Below, one piece after another: positions 29,001 to 37,868 of a DNA stretch of 64,000 nucleotides (positions are counted from its first letter, which is position 1; every line of letters begins with the position of its first letter). The notes below the pieces were generated by a model. That model was not told the DNA's origin. It did no database searches and saw nothing but the letters and a program-made list of their open reading frames with translations. This stretch comes from Spirulina sp. (lineage in GTDB: Bacteria > Cyanobacteriota > Cyanobacteriia > Phormidesmidales > Phormidesmidaceae), in the NCBI GenBank assembly GCA_044070495.1, contig JBIPSI010000013.1, forward strand, positions 64,001 through 128,000, in the 5' to 3' direction. Made by a program: the position numbers and the translations under genes.

Positions 29001-29803
29001 CAGCGCTGGATGAGCTGCTGAAGGGCCTCGGTGTGGAGTCGATAGTGGCCCGCTCGCTGGTGGGGGACAAAGCACCCCTCTAGGTGATCCACCACCAGCA
29101 GACAGCGCTGGCGGCTAAACTTTGCCATCACCCCATCCACCGAAACCGTCTGGGCAACTTCCCCAGGAGACAACCAGGTGGCTAGGGCGGTCAACAGCGC
29201 CTCATCGCCGGGGCAATCCGCCATGTCTAGATAGCCACAGCGCTCCACAGTGGGGCCAAGGCGCTGGAGAAGCTGCCCCGCCAGGGCGGTTTTACCCAAA
29301 CCGGGCAATCCCCACAGCAGCACTAGCCCACAGGAACCATCGGCCATCCCCTCCCCGGTAATCCACTGGGTCAGGGTAGCGAGTTCCTCGGCGCGACCGC
29401 AAAAACCTGCCACCTCCACCGCAGGGGCGACCTGCACCGAAGTCGTTACCGTCGCCCCCACCGTCCTTGAGGAAGCTGAATTGACGGGTGGCTCAGCATC
29501 GCGAGGTTGACTAGATTTCCGCTGCTTGGCCCAGGTACGCAGCACATTTTGCAAATTGCGCTTCGTGACCTTAATGCCCTGGTGATTGATGTCCACCAAT
29601 TTCGACAGCAGATGCCACAGATTGGGGCCAACATCCTTTTTTAAGTAATCTTCGGAATAGCCCACCGCCTGCTTGGCTATGGCCCCGTAGGTTTGGTTCT
29701 CCCAGGCCCCCTTCAGCACCAAACGCTCAACGTCCCTAAGGGGGCGTCCGATTTGCTCTAGGGCCACCTGATTGATCAGCCCTGCAATATCCTCAAAGTC
29801 CAT
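26069..29803 (-). CDS. STAND NTPase (NB-ARC/NACHT) with N-terminal HTH, pentapeptide linker and WD40 repeats
   Basis: LKGAWENQTY..GPNLWHLLS HTH, Walker A GLPGLGKT, Walker B LLVVD, many GH..WD/WE repeats, DRPYAGANI tail. Confidence 0.92.
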   Translation of the reverse strand: MDFEDIAGLINQVALEQIGRPLRDVERLVLKGAWENQTYGAIAKQAVGYSEDYLKKDVGPNLWHLLSKLVDINHQGIKVTKRNLQNVLRTWAKQRKSSQPRDAEPPVNSASSRTVGATVTTSVQVAPAVEVAGFCGRAEELATLTQWITGEGMADGSCGLVLLWGLPGLGKTALAGQLLQRLGPTVERCGYLDMADCPGDEALLTALATWLSPGEVAQTVSVDGVMAKFSRQRCLLVVDHLEGCFVPHQRAGHYRLHTEALQQLIQRWATGQHPGCVVLMGREPPADRFQWMGPRARDYRLQDLDAADTQTLLQRQGVLPATPDQGEAFWQRYGGNPMFLRSVATTLQTVYQGQLSPLLAQTQHPIPDAVRRDLAALLQRLTPEEETLLYWVALAHAPMALADLQTAMPNRPEPAVVQSLVDRCLCQAQTPASAIPSAPTQPLIDLPPLVRALVKDQLLTQLTQELLAGEFHWLQRLPLVTMAAQEAVQEAQRAAYVVPLAQQLQRQFPHQADLVQACHQRLQTLRQRYRGQPGFGAANWLHLCQALGVSVSGVDFSDLALWQADLRQVSLQGANLSQVQFRETALATALGRSPRVAFCPLPSPRSKAAPKPDERLMVTGDQDGRLLLWEVNRGRLVQVMDDGEALAVQSLAVSPDGGTLAIGSDTGQIWLWPMGGKARSDTLSGHGAAVQTVAFSGDGAWLASGDRNGELRLWEVASGRCWVCWNTHQGAIHSIAFNEAGDRLVSGGDDQVTCLWDLSQGGQTQDSPITAFQAPVTATVRSAGFLPDPNDPTLPPMPFAAGYDEHCLTLWDVRTGRSCWMLPADVRTLPALTLSPDGRYLACSRQDFSVVVWDIPSRSLCYTLPPADSPVWLLDFSPDSDYLVTGGDYRLHLWQANTGTELRRFLSQAHPVSHLAVSAQGNQVLTGHRDARLRLWPQATGDRRSSQSPVPQVLSAASPSPHSPLQAVALSADGQWCARAAADSGLSLWHIPTGECRWSVSVPVHLIAFSPDGQSLATVGPEDTLHLWSVADGQRRHEGIRRPVPPMALTFGEGSDNPTLIVGARDGTIEIWPQSAAASVPQLLTGHQRLVHSLGVGADGQSLVSASHDGTVRWWNVAQGRTLGIWSPPDGHWVHSVAVDPSGVVLAITSQAADLAIWEVQTHRLRYTLRGHSQPPWTALVCPDRTHLATASQDHEIRLWNLALGHCERVFHPDRPYAGANIRDAKGLSPSEMAILKSLGAVVI

Positions 29804-30057
29804 GGGTACAAGGCCCGCTAGCAACCCCTGATGGTTAGGGCCTAGTCTAACCTGAATAATTCAGAACTTTCCAGAACTTGCTAACGTTAACCCCTGGCGA
29901 TCTGATCGCCGAATACATCGCCCCTGTGGGTTAGGGGCAGCGCAGCAGAACCCAACACCCGCCAGTAGGTTATCCCCAGTTTAGGTGGGCGAGGAGACCT
30001 CGCCCCCACGTAGGGTTAAACGGATCGGGAATCGGGGTATGGAATTTGGATGGAGAA

Positions 30058-31134
30058 CTAGTAGCGTAGGGTTAGGGCAATGCGCTGAGCATTGGGCAGA
30101 GAGCCGTCCTCCATCAGCATCACGTCGCCACCCTTGGCCAGAACCGCTTCGATGATTTCGTCTACGGCGTCATCCATTACGTCCGTGCCACCCGGTTCAG
30201 CTACGGTTTCGAGGCCACCCTTTGCGGTGACGATGGCGGGAACGTGGTAGCCCTTTTCCACCAGCAGCAGTTTGCCTCGTCCATCGTTGGCCAGTCGCCA
30301 GACTTCCTCGATGGTGGAAACCACTTTACCTTCGCCCGTGGCGGTATCGAGGTCTTGGAGGGCGGCTTCCCGCTGTTGGGTGCGTACGCCTTCGATCATC
30401 GGCCACACCTGCGGCGCTAGCTCAGACAGCGTGGCTTTGTCAAAGTTGCCCGTTAGGGTACCCGCCACCAGGTTGGTGTATTGAGACACCTCCTGGAAGA
30501 AGGAAATTTGTCGCACCACGCCACCGAGCACGATGGGTAGGCTGTCATCTTCGGCATAGGCGGTGAAGGCTTGATCCACCTGCTGGAAGAAACGGCGGTG
30601 ACGGTCGTCTACATAGGCGGAATCGGCGCTGTCGGGTAGGGCGGTGGTAGCACCGGGGCCTTCCATCGCCATCGGGAATTGGCCATCGGTAACTTCCTCT
30701 AGGGTGTCCCCGGTTCCGGCCAGCAGGCGGGTTAGCCCTTGGCTCAGCAAAAAGACCCAGTAGCGCTGGGCGCGGTGCAGACCGTAGACCAAATCCCGCG
30801 TGGCAAAGGTTTGATCAATCACCACCCGATGGGGCACGGTGAAGGGCAGGTAGAATTTCTTAGCAATGTCGTGGCTGACGAACAGGGCCAAGCCATCGAG
30901 GGCGTAGGTGTAGTCAATATCGTTGACGAGATCGTCTAGGTTTTTCAGCAGCGGCTCTAGGTCGCGGGTAGAAAACTCCTGGGAAAGCCGATCCTTAGCC
31001 TCGTTCACCAGGTTTTTGACGAGGATGGGATCTTGTTTGTTGTCCGGTGACGTGCGGTGGGTAGGCAGCAAAATCGACAGAGCAGGAACTTTTGTCAGTG
31101 CTTGCAGTTCCTTGACATCATGGCGGGTAATCAT
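30058..31134 (-). CDS. Bacterial archaeo-eukaryotic release factor-like protein (baeRF3-like)
   Basis: SILLPTHRTSPDNKQDPI, DGLALF, GRGKLLLVE, DAVDEIIEAVLAKGG, C-terminal LRY. Confidence 0.8.
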   Translation of the reverse strand: MITRHDVKELQALTKVPALSILLPTHRTSPDNKQDPILVKNLVNEAKDRLSQEFSTRDLEPLLKNLDDLVNDIDYTYALDGLALFVSHDIAKKFYLPFTVPHRVVIDQTFATRDLVYGLHRAQRYWVFLLSQGLTRLLAGTGDTLEEVTDGQFPMAMEGPGATTALPDSADSAYVDDRHRRFFQQVDQAFTAYAEDDSLPIVLGGVVRQISFFQEVSQYTNLVAGTLTGNFDKATLSELAPQVWPMIEGVRTQQREAALQDLDTATGEGKVVSTIEEVWRLANDGRGKLLLVEKGYHVPAIVTAKGGLETVAEPGGTDVMDDAVDEIIEAVLAKGGDVMLMEDGSLPNAQRIALTLRY

Positions 31135-31345
31135 TCACTCGTTCCTATGGATGGGCTTGGGACACACAGCTTTGTGCAGGCCTTCTTTTACAAGCAGTTC
31201 TGTACAAACTGAGGGCCACCAGCCCATACCTCGCCACAAACCTGTAATGCCCCTAGCAGCCTAAGCCGTAACCCTAGGAAACCCATAGGAAAAGCGGATA
31301 AAGTTCACAATGACGGGCCTAGGGAAAACCTTGTTGAGGCGAGGG

Positions 31346-32323
31346 CTACGGTTCTGAGATCGTGCCACCGAGATTTTCCACAATGGCGCGGGTATTAGCG
31401 GCCATCATCCTGAGATAGCTGTCGCCCTCACTGCCGGGGACACCGATGGAGTCGGCGTAGAGTTCCTGTTCAGCTAGGGTCACTCCAGCTTCCTGGGCCA
31501 CGGTGCGAATTAACTGAGGGTTGAGGGTGGTTTCGGCAAAGATGGCAGGCACGCCCAAATCCTGAATTACCGTCACCAACTGCTGCACGGTTTGGGCGCT
31601 GGGCTGTTCCTCGGTGCTAATGCCGATCAGGGTTCCGGCCACCGTGAGGCCATAGGCGTTGGCGTAGTACTGAAAGGCATCGTGGGTGGTCACAAGCTGG
31701 CGCTGATTGGGGGGAATGGTGGCGGTTTGCGTTCCAATCCAGTCGTGCAGTTGGTTGAGTTCTTCAATGTAGTCGGCGGCGTTGGCGGTGAAGGTGTCTG
31801 CCTGATCAGGATCTAACTCAATCAGCGCATCCCGAATCGCTTCCACCATGGGCACCACATTACTCACATCGCCCCACACATGGGGATCCGGTACCGATTG
31901 CCCCTCCTCTTCCAAATTCAAGGGCGGCACCACTTCCGCCACCGCGAGGTGCTGGGCATTGGCTCCGGCGGCGGTCAACAGGCGAATCAGCCCTGGCTCT
32001 AGGTTGTAGCCGTTGTAGAGAATCAGGTCGGCCTGCTCGAAAGCCACACTGTCGGCGGGGACGGGTTCGTACACATGGGGATCGGTACCGGGCTGGAGAA
32101 TGCTGGTGAGTTCAATCTGGTCGCCGCCAATCTGCTCGGCCCAGTCGGCAATGAGGGTACTGGTGGCCACCACGGCGGGCCGCTCCTCCGAGTCAGACCC
32201 GCTAACGCCAGAACTCCCCTGTTCGACGGAGTCACAGCCCGCTAATCCTGCCCCAACGACCGATAACAACAGGACAAAGGCTCGATAGCGTGGGGATAGG
32301 GAGAAGTTCATCATTCGTTGCAT
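31346..32323 (-). CDS. mntC: Mn/Zn ABC substrate-binding lipoprotein
   Basis: Lipobox LAGC, DPHVYEP, DPHVW, TTHDAFQY, STEEQPS. Confidence 0.88.
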   Translation of the reverse strand: MQRMMNFSLSPRYRAFVLLLSVVGAGLAGCDSVEQGSSGVSGSDSEERPAVVATSTLIADWAEQIGGDQIELTSILQPGTDPHVYEPVPADSVAFEQADLILYNGYNLEPGLIRLLTAAGANAQHLAVAEVVPPLNLEEEGQSVPDPHVWGDVSNVVPMVEAIRDALIELDPDQADTFTANAADYIEELNQLHDWIGTQTATIPPNQRQLVTTHDAFQYYANAYGLTVAGTLIGISTEEQPSAQTVQQLVTVIQDLGVPAIFAETTLNPQLIRTVAQEAGVTLAEQELYADSIGVPGSEGDSYLRMMAANTRAIVENLGGTISEP

Positions 32324-32331
32324 GGGCTACA

Positions 32332-32382
32332 TTTCATATTCCTTTCATTTTTACGGTACAATATTTTTCATAATCGTTTCAT
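32332..32382. promoter_or_regulatory. Two ManR-like direct-repeat boxes
   Basis: TTTCAT at 32332, 32343, 32366 and 32377, i.e. ATGAAA-N5-ATGAAA twice on the minus strand. Confidence 0.65.
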
Positions 32383-32434
32383 TTTTGAAAAACCTCGTTT
32401 CTGGCCCTCACCCCCAACCCCTCTCCCAGGGAGG

Positions 32435-32600
32435 CTACTGCTTATACACATCTTGCTTTTATGCCACAAGTCCTTGGAGATCCCCCTAAATCCCCCTTGA
32501 AAAGGGGGACTTTGATTCCGGTTCCCCCCCTTCCCAAGGGGGGCTAGGGGGGATCATCTCTAGGAACCCAGCGGAATAGCGACTTGTGTATAAGCGGTAA
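32435..32600. mobile_element. MITE (Nezha-like) with 10-bp target duplication
   Basis: TIR TACTGCTTATACACA / TGTGTATAAGCGGTA; CCCAGGGAGG at 32425-32434 and 32601-32610. Confidence 0.85.
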
Positions 32601-32648
32601 CCCAGGGAGGGGAGGGCCACCCAGACTCGGCTATCCTTGGAAACTCCT

Positions 32649-33425
32649 ATGGCACCCCGTTCTAACCGCATCCCCAATCCTGCCGCCCCAGGCACCCCCA
32701 TCATCACCGTGGATCACCTCACGGTGAACTACCGCGACACCCAGGCGTTGCGGAACATCAACGTAACGGTGCGGCCTGGTCGGTTGGTGGGCATTTTCGG
32801 CCCCAATGGCGCAGGCAAAAGCACCCTGATGAAGGCCATGCTGGGGCTAATTCCGGTGGTGACGGGGATGGTGACCTACGGCGACGACACCCTAGCGCAT
32901 CAGTTGGATCGGGTGGCCTACGTGCCCCAGCGATCCCAGATTGACTGGACGTTTCCCGCCACGGTGTGGGATGTGGTGATGATGGGTCGGGTGAAGAAAA
33001 CCGGTTGGCTGAACCGCTTTTCCGTCACCAGCCGCCAAATTGCTAAGGATGCCCTGGATCGGGTGGGGATGCTGGAGTTTAAAGACCGCCCCATTGGTGC
33101 CCTTTCGGGGGGACAGCAGCAGCGGGTATTTTTGGCCCGTGCCTTGGCCCAGGAGGCAGATATTTTCTGCTTTGATGAACCTTTTGTAGGGGTGGATCAA
33201 AAAACGGAAGCGGTGATTTTCCAGATTTTCCGTGAGTTAGCCGACGCTGGGAAAACTGTCCTGGTGGTGAACCATGACCTGGGCGAATCCATCACCAATT
33301 TTGATCAGATTATTCTGCTCAACAAAGAACTGATTGCCGCTGGCCCCCGCGACTGGGTGCTCACCCGCGATAACATGACCCGTGCCTACGGTGGCCACAT
33401 TGGTTTCTTTGGCCATGTTGCCTAG
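32649..33425 (+). CDS. mntA: Mn/Zn ABC ATPase
   Basis: GPNGAGKST, AYVPQRS, LSGGQQQR, FDEPF. Confidence 0.9.
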   Translation: MAPRSNRIPNPAAPGTPIITVDHLTVNYRDTQALRNINVTVRPGRLVGIFGPNGAGKSTLMKAMLGLIPVVTGMVTYGDDTLAHQLDRVAYVPQRSQIDWTFPATVWDVVMMGRVKKTGWLNRFSVTSRQIAKDALDRVGMLEFKDRPIGALSGGQQQRVFLARALAQEADIFCFDEPFVGVDQKTEAVIFQIFRELADAGKTVLVVNHDLGESITNFDQIILLNKELIAAGPRDWVLTRDNMTRAYGGHIGFFGHVA

Positions 33426-33444
33426 TGGGGCTATTGATATCGCG

Positions 33445-34365
33445 ATGCCGCCTAGTTTGGCCCTCCTGAATTGGTTCTATGAACCCCTGCAATTTGCCTT
33501 CATGCAGCGCTCCTTGGCGGTGGCGATTATGGTGGGGATCATCTGCTCGGTGGTAGGCAGCTATTTAATGGTGCAGCGCCTTGCCCTGCTGGGGGATGCC
33601 ATTAGCCATTCGGTGCTGCCCGGATTGGCCATTGCCTTTTGGCTGGGGGTAAATATCTTTGTGGGGGCGTTCATCGCTGGGGTGCTTAGCACCGTTTTGA
33701 TAGCCTGGATTCACCGCCGATCTCCCATCAAAGAAGATGCGGCCATGGGGATTGTGTTTTCGGCCTTTTTTGCCCTTGGCATTACGTTAATTACTACTAT
33801 TCAAAAAGACAACAAAATTGACCTCAATCACTTTCTGTTTGGTAATATTCTGGGCGTTACGGCGGGGGATGTGCGGGATACGGCCATCATCGCGACCCTA
33901 GTGTTGGTGGTGGTGCTGCTGCTCTATAAAGAACTTCTTTTCTACAGCTTTGATCCCCTCGGTGCCCAGGCCAGCGGATTGCCCACGGGCTGGCTCAACA
34001 CCGGGCTGATGGTGCTGATTGCCCTCACCGTGGTGGCCAGCATGAAGGTGGTCGGCGTTATCCTCGTGTTGGCGCTGCTGATTACCCCCGGTGCAGCGGC
34101 CTATTTGTTGGTGCCCCGCCTGCACCAAGTCATGGTTCTGGGGGCGGGGATTGGGATAATCTCCAGCATCAGCGGCATGTACCTGAGCTACTACTTCAAC
34201 CTGCCCTCTGGCCCCGCCATTGTGCTGGTGGTGTCGATTTTCTTTGCCCTGGCGTTTCTCTTCAGCCCTCGCCATGGCGTGTTGACACATCGACCCCGCC
34301 GCCCAAGGCCGTCCCCAACATCCATGGATGGTCTTGGGCGGGAAGACGAGAGCCTTGAACCCTAG
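33445..34365 (+). CDS. mntB: Mn/Zn ABC permease
   Basis: GDAISHSVLPG, KEDAAMGIVFS, DLNHFLFGNIL; start uncertain. Confidence 0.9.
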   Translation: MPPSLALLNWFYEPLQFAFMQRSLAVAIMVGIICSVVGSYLMVQRLALLGDAISHSVLPGLAIAFWLGVNIFVGAFIAGVLSTVLIAWIHRRSPIKEDAAMGIVFSAFFALGITLITTIQKDNKIDLNHFLFGNILGVTAGDVRDTAIIATLVLVVVLLLYKELLFYSFDPLGAQASGLPTGWLNTGLMVLIALTVVASMKVVGVILVLALLITPGAAAYLLVPRLHQVMVLGAGIGIISSISGMYLSYYFNLPSGPAIVLVVSIFFALAFLFSPRHGVLTHRPRRPRPSPTSMDGLGREDESLEP

Positions 34366-34392
34366 ACTCAGTAGATCACAAAGTCCCCGCAG

Positions 34393-34486
34393 CCCTCACC
34401 CTAAATCCCTCTCCCTGGGGGAGAGGGACTTTGAAGGCCATTTCCGGCTCCCCTCTCCTCGTGGGAGAGGGGTTGGGGGTGAGGGC
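34393..34486. repeat. Inverted REP doublet of the CCCTCACCC family
   Basis: CCCTCACCCTAAATCCCTCTCCC..GGGAGAGGG ... GGGAGAGGGGTTGGGGGTGAGGG between convergent genes. Confidence 0.8.
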
Positions 34487-34534
34487 TGGATCGTGGCCAA
34501 AGAGCACGTTTATGATCTACTAAAACTCCTAGAC

Positions 34535-36172
34535 CTAAATCAGGCAGCTTAGATCCTTGGTCTTTTGGCTGAACAGCAGGTTTTCCCGATAGTCTACGGG
34601 GCAGTCGATCACGGCGGGGACGTTGTCCTCCAGGGCCATCTTCAGGGTCGGGATCAGGTCTTCGGTGGATTCTACCCGATAGCCCTTCAGGCCCATGCTT
34701 TCCGCCAGTTTGACGAAATCGGGGTTGCTGAAGTGGATGAAGGCCGACTCGCCGTAGTAGTTCATCTGCTTCCACTCAATCAGGCCGTAGCCGCCATCGT
34801 TGAAGATCACCGTCACAAAGGCGGTGCCAATGCGGAGGGCAGTTTCGAGTTCCTGGCAGTTCATCATGAAGCCGCCGTCCCCCGTCACCGCCACCACCTT
34901 GCGGTTGGGATGCACCAATTTGGCCGCTAGCCCCCCCGGAATAGCGATGCCCATGGCGGCGAACCCGTTGGAAATCAGGCAGGTGTTGGGCCGCAGACAG
35001 TGGTAGTTGCGGGCCATCCACATTTTGTGGGCACCCACATCAGAAATCACGATGTCGTCGGGGCCAAGCACCTGGCGCAGGTCGTGGATCAGCTTTTGGG
35101 GCTTGACGGGGAAGCCGTAGTCGTCGGCGTACTGTTCGTAATCGGCCCGAATTTCGTCGCGAATTTTGAGGGCGGCGGGTTCAGGATAATTCTGGCGCTT
35201 CACCCGCTGCAAAATTTCGTGGAGGGAGTCGGAAATGTCGCCAATCACCTCCACTTTGGGGATGTAGCTGCTGTCGATTTCGGCGTGGGTGAGGTTGATG
35301 TGGAGGATGGGCAGCTTGCCGTCGGGGTTCCAGCGTTTGGGAGAATATTCCACCAGGTCGTAGCCCACGGCGATGATCAAGTCCGCCGCCTCCATGGCGC
35401 AGGTGATGAAGTCCCGCTGCTGGAGGCCGAAGGTCCACAGGGCCAGGGGATGGGTGTAGGGAATCACACCCTTGCCCATAAAAGTGTTGGCCACAGGGAT
35501 ATTGAGCTGGGTGGCAAACTCGGTGAGGGCTTCGCTGGAGCGGGAACGGATGGCCCCATTGCCCACCAAAATCATCGGGTTGCTGGCCTGGGAGATGGCC
35601 ACCGCCGCCTGCTGAATGCTCTGCAAGGAGGCGTAGGTTTTTTCCTGGCTGTCCCGCCGCAGGGGTAACCCCTCCACGTCCATCTCAGCAATGTTTTCCG
35701 GCAGATCGATGTGAACCGCACCGGGCTTCTCCGACTGGGCCAGCTTGAAGGCTTTGCGAACAATTTCCGGCGTGTTGCTGGGCCGCACAATTTGGGCGTT
35801 CCACTTGGTTACCGGGGCAAACATCGCCACCAGATCAAGGTACTGGTGGGATTCAATGTGCATCCGATCCGTCCCCACCTGGCCCGTAATCGCCACCAGG
35901 GGAGCGCGATCCAGGGTCGCATCGGCCACCCCAGTCATCAAATTCGTGGCCCCCGGCCCCAGGGTAGACAGACACACCCCCGCCTTGCCCGTCAGCCGTC
36001 CGTAGACATCGGCCATAAACGCCGCCCCCTGCTCGTGGCGGGTGGTGATGAACTGAATCGACGACCGCCGCAGGGCTTGCAGGAGTTGGAGATTCTCCTC
36101 CCCCGGCAGGCCAAAAATGTACTCCACACCCTCATTTTCCAAACACTGAACCAACAATTCCGCAGTATTCAT
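34535..36172 (-). CDS. ogdA: ThDP enzyme of the acetolactate-synthase fold; most likely 2-oxoglutarate decarboxylase
   Basis: FGLPGEEN, RHEQGAAFMAD, GDGGFMMN; directly downstream of SSADH as in the cyanobacterial TCA shunt. Confidence 0.85.
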   Translation of the reverse strand: MNTAELLVQCLENEGVEYIFGLPGEENLQLLQALRRSSIQFITTRHEQGAAFMADVYGRLTGKAGVCLSTLGPGATNLMTGVADATLDRAPLVAITGQVGTDRMHIESHQYLDLVAMFAPVTKWNAQIVRPSNTPEIVRKAFKLAQSEKPGAVHIDLPENIAEMDVEGLPLRRDSQEKTYASLQSIQQAAVAISQASNPMILVGNGAIRSRSSEALTEFATQLNIPVANTFMGKGVIPYTHPLALWTFGLQQRDFITCAMEAADLIIAVGYDLVEYSPKRWNPDGKLPILHINLTHAEIDSSYIPKVEVIGDISDSLHEILQRVKRQNYPEPAALKIRDEIRADYEQYADDYGFPVKPQKLIHDLRQVLGPDDIVISDVGAHKMWMARNYHCLRPNTCLISNGFAAMGIAIPGGLAAKLVHPNRKVVAVTGDGGFMMNCQELETALRIGTAFVTVIFNDGGYGLIEWKQMNYYGESAFIHFSNPDFVKLAESMGLKGYRVESTEDLIPTLKMALEDNVPAVIDCPVDYRENLLFSQKTKDLSCLI

Positions 36173-36225
36173 AGCCCCTCGTAATGTGTTCTCAGACAAT
36201 TGCGCTGTACTCGAAAGCTCTCCCA

Positions 36226-36471
36226 GTAGGGTGGGCACTGCCCACCTTCACCCTCCTTAATTCTCGGAATCCCTCACCCTAACCCTCTTCTAGAGTTGAT
36301 CCCCCTAATCCCCCTTGGAAAGGGGGACTTTGACTTCAGTTCCCCCCTTTTTAAGGGGGGCTAGAGGGGATCAGCCCTCATTGCCAATTCTTGGAGATCC
36401 CCCTAAATCCCCCTTAGAAAGGGGGACTTTGACTTTAGTTCCCCCCTTTTTAAGGGGGGCTAGGGGGGATC
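36226..36471. repeat. GTAG-REP plus two tandem GATCCCCC..AAGGGGG hairpin elements
   Basis: REP at 36226-36246; about 75-bp units at 36298-36372 and 36396-36471, same family as the core of the 32435 MITE. Confidence 0.88.
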
Positions 36472-36476
36472 AGCCA

Positions 36477-37868
36477 TCACTTCACCCAAACCGTCTTGGT
36501 ATTGACGAATTCCAGGATGCCCTCGCGGCCCAGTTCGCGCCCATAGCCGGATCGTTTGATGCCGCCGAAGGGCAAGCGTGGGTCAGACTTGACAAAGCTG
36601 TTGATAAACACCGCCCCCGCCTCCAGTTCGTTAATCATCCGCTCCTGTTCGGCGGGGTCTTGGCTCCAGCCGCTAGCCCCCAGCCCTAGGGGGGTGGAGT
36701 TGGCGATCTGGATGGCTTCGTCCAGGCTGCTGACCCGGAACACCAGGGCCACGGGGCCAAAGAATTCCTCCTGGTCTGCCGGGGTGCCGGGGGGAATTTG
36801 GGTCAAAATCGTGGGCGGGAACCAGTTGCCGCTTTGGAATTCGGCGGGTAGGGTCGCCTTCAAGGCCGCGACATCACCGCCGATCAACGCCGTTGCCCCC
36901 TGGGCTAGGCAAGCCGTTACCTGCTGCTCCAATTCCTCACAAATCGAAGGCGTCGCCAGCGGCCCCACGGTGATGTCCTCGGCCATGGGGTCGCCCACGG
37001 TCAGGGCCGCAAACTTGTCCCGCAGTCCCGCTTCAAAGGCATCGGCAATCGCTTCGTGAACCAGGAACCGCTTGGCGGCAATGCAGGACTGGCCATTGTT
37101 CAGCATCCGGGCGGTGGCGGCGGCGGCAATGGCTTCCTCCAAATGGGCGCTGGGCATCACCACAAAGGGGTCGGTACCCCCCAGTTCCAGCACGGTCTTT
37201 TTGATCTGGCGACCACAGGCCGACGCCAAGCTAGCCCCAGCGGGTTCGCTCCCGGTCAACGCCGCCGCCTTAATCCGGTCATCGGCCACCAGCTTTTCAA
37301 TGCGAGATGCCCCCATCAGCAGAGTTTGGAACGCCCCAACCGGAAAGCCCGCCTTTTGAAACACCTCCTCAATCGCCAAGGCGCACTGGGGCACATTGGA
37401 CGCGTGCTTCAGCAACCCCACATTCCCCGCCATCAGCGCTGGGGCCGCAAAGCGAAACACCTGCCAAAAGGGGAAATTCCAAGGCATCACCGCCAGGATC
37501 GCCCCCAACGGCTGGTAGCGCACCAGGCTACGGCTGGCATCGGTGCTGGCGGGTACATCGGCCAGAAATTCCTCGGCGTGATCGGCATAGAACCGACAGA
37601 CCCAGGCGCTTTTTTCCACCTCCGCCACCGCCGCCAACCGGGGCTTGCCCATTTCTAGGGTCATCAGCTTAGCGTAGGCTTGCTTGTTGGTCTCTAGCAC
37701 CGTCGCCGCCCCCCGCATCCACTCCGCCCGCTGACTGAAGGGGGTGTGGCGATAGGTCAAAAAAGTCTCCGCCGCCTGGGCGAGGTTGGCCTCCAGGTCG
37801 GCATCGCTGATGTCATCAAAAACCTGAATCGTGGCTCCGGTGGTTGGATTAATGCTGGCAATTCCCAT
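36477..37868 (-). CDS. gabD: Succinate-semialdehyde dehydrogenase
   Basis: MPWNFP, LKHAS, LELGG, NNGQSCIAAKR, EEFFGP, PFGGIKRSG. Confidence 0.92.
   Translation of the reverse strand: MGIASINPTTGATIQVFDDISDADLEANLAQAAETFLTYRHTPFSQRAEWMRGAATVLETNKQAYAKLMTLEMGKPRLAAVAEVEKSAWVCRFYADHAEEFLADVPASTDASRSLVRYQPLGAILAVMPWNFPFWQVFRFAAPALMAGNVGLLKHASNVPQCALAIEEVFQKAGFPVGAFQTLLMGASRIEKLVADDRIKAAALTGSEPAGASLASACGRQIKKTVLELGGTDPFVVMPSAHLEEAIAAAATARMLNNGQSCIAAKRFLVHEAIADAFEAGLRDKFAALTVGDPMAEDITVGPLATPSICEELEQQVTACLAQGATALIGGDVAALKATLPAEFQSGNWFPPTILTQIPPGTPADQEEFFGPVALVFRVSSLDEAIQIANSTPLGLGASGWSQDPAEQERMINELEAGAVFINSFVKSDPRLPFGGIKRSGYGRELGREGILEFVNTKTVWVK

Noticed and set aside
36315..36689. ORF with PPFLRGARGD repeats (also 2433-2724, 32486-32707, 5066-5313)
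   Set aside because: Shadow ORFs of REP or MITE sequence
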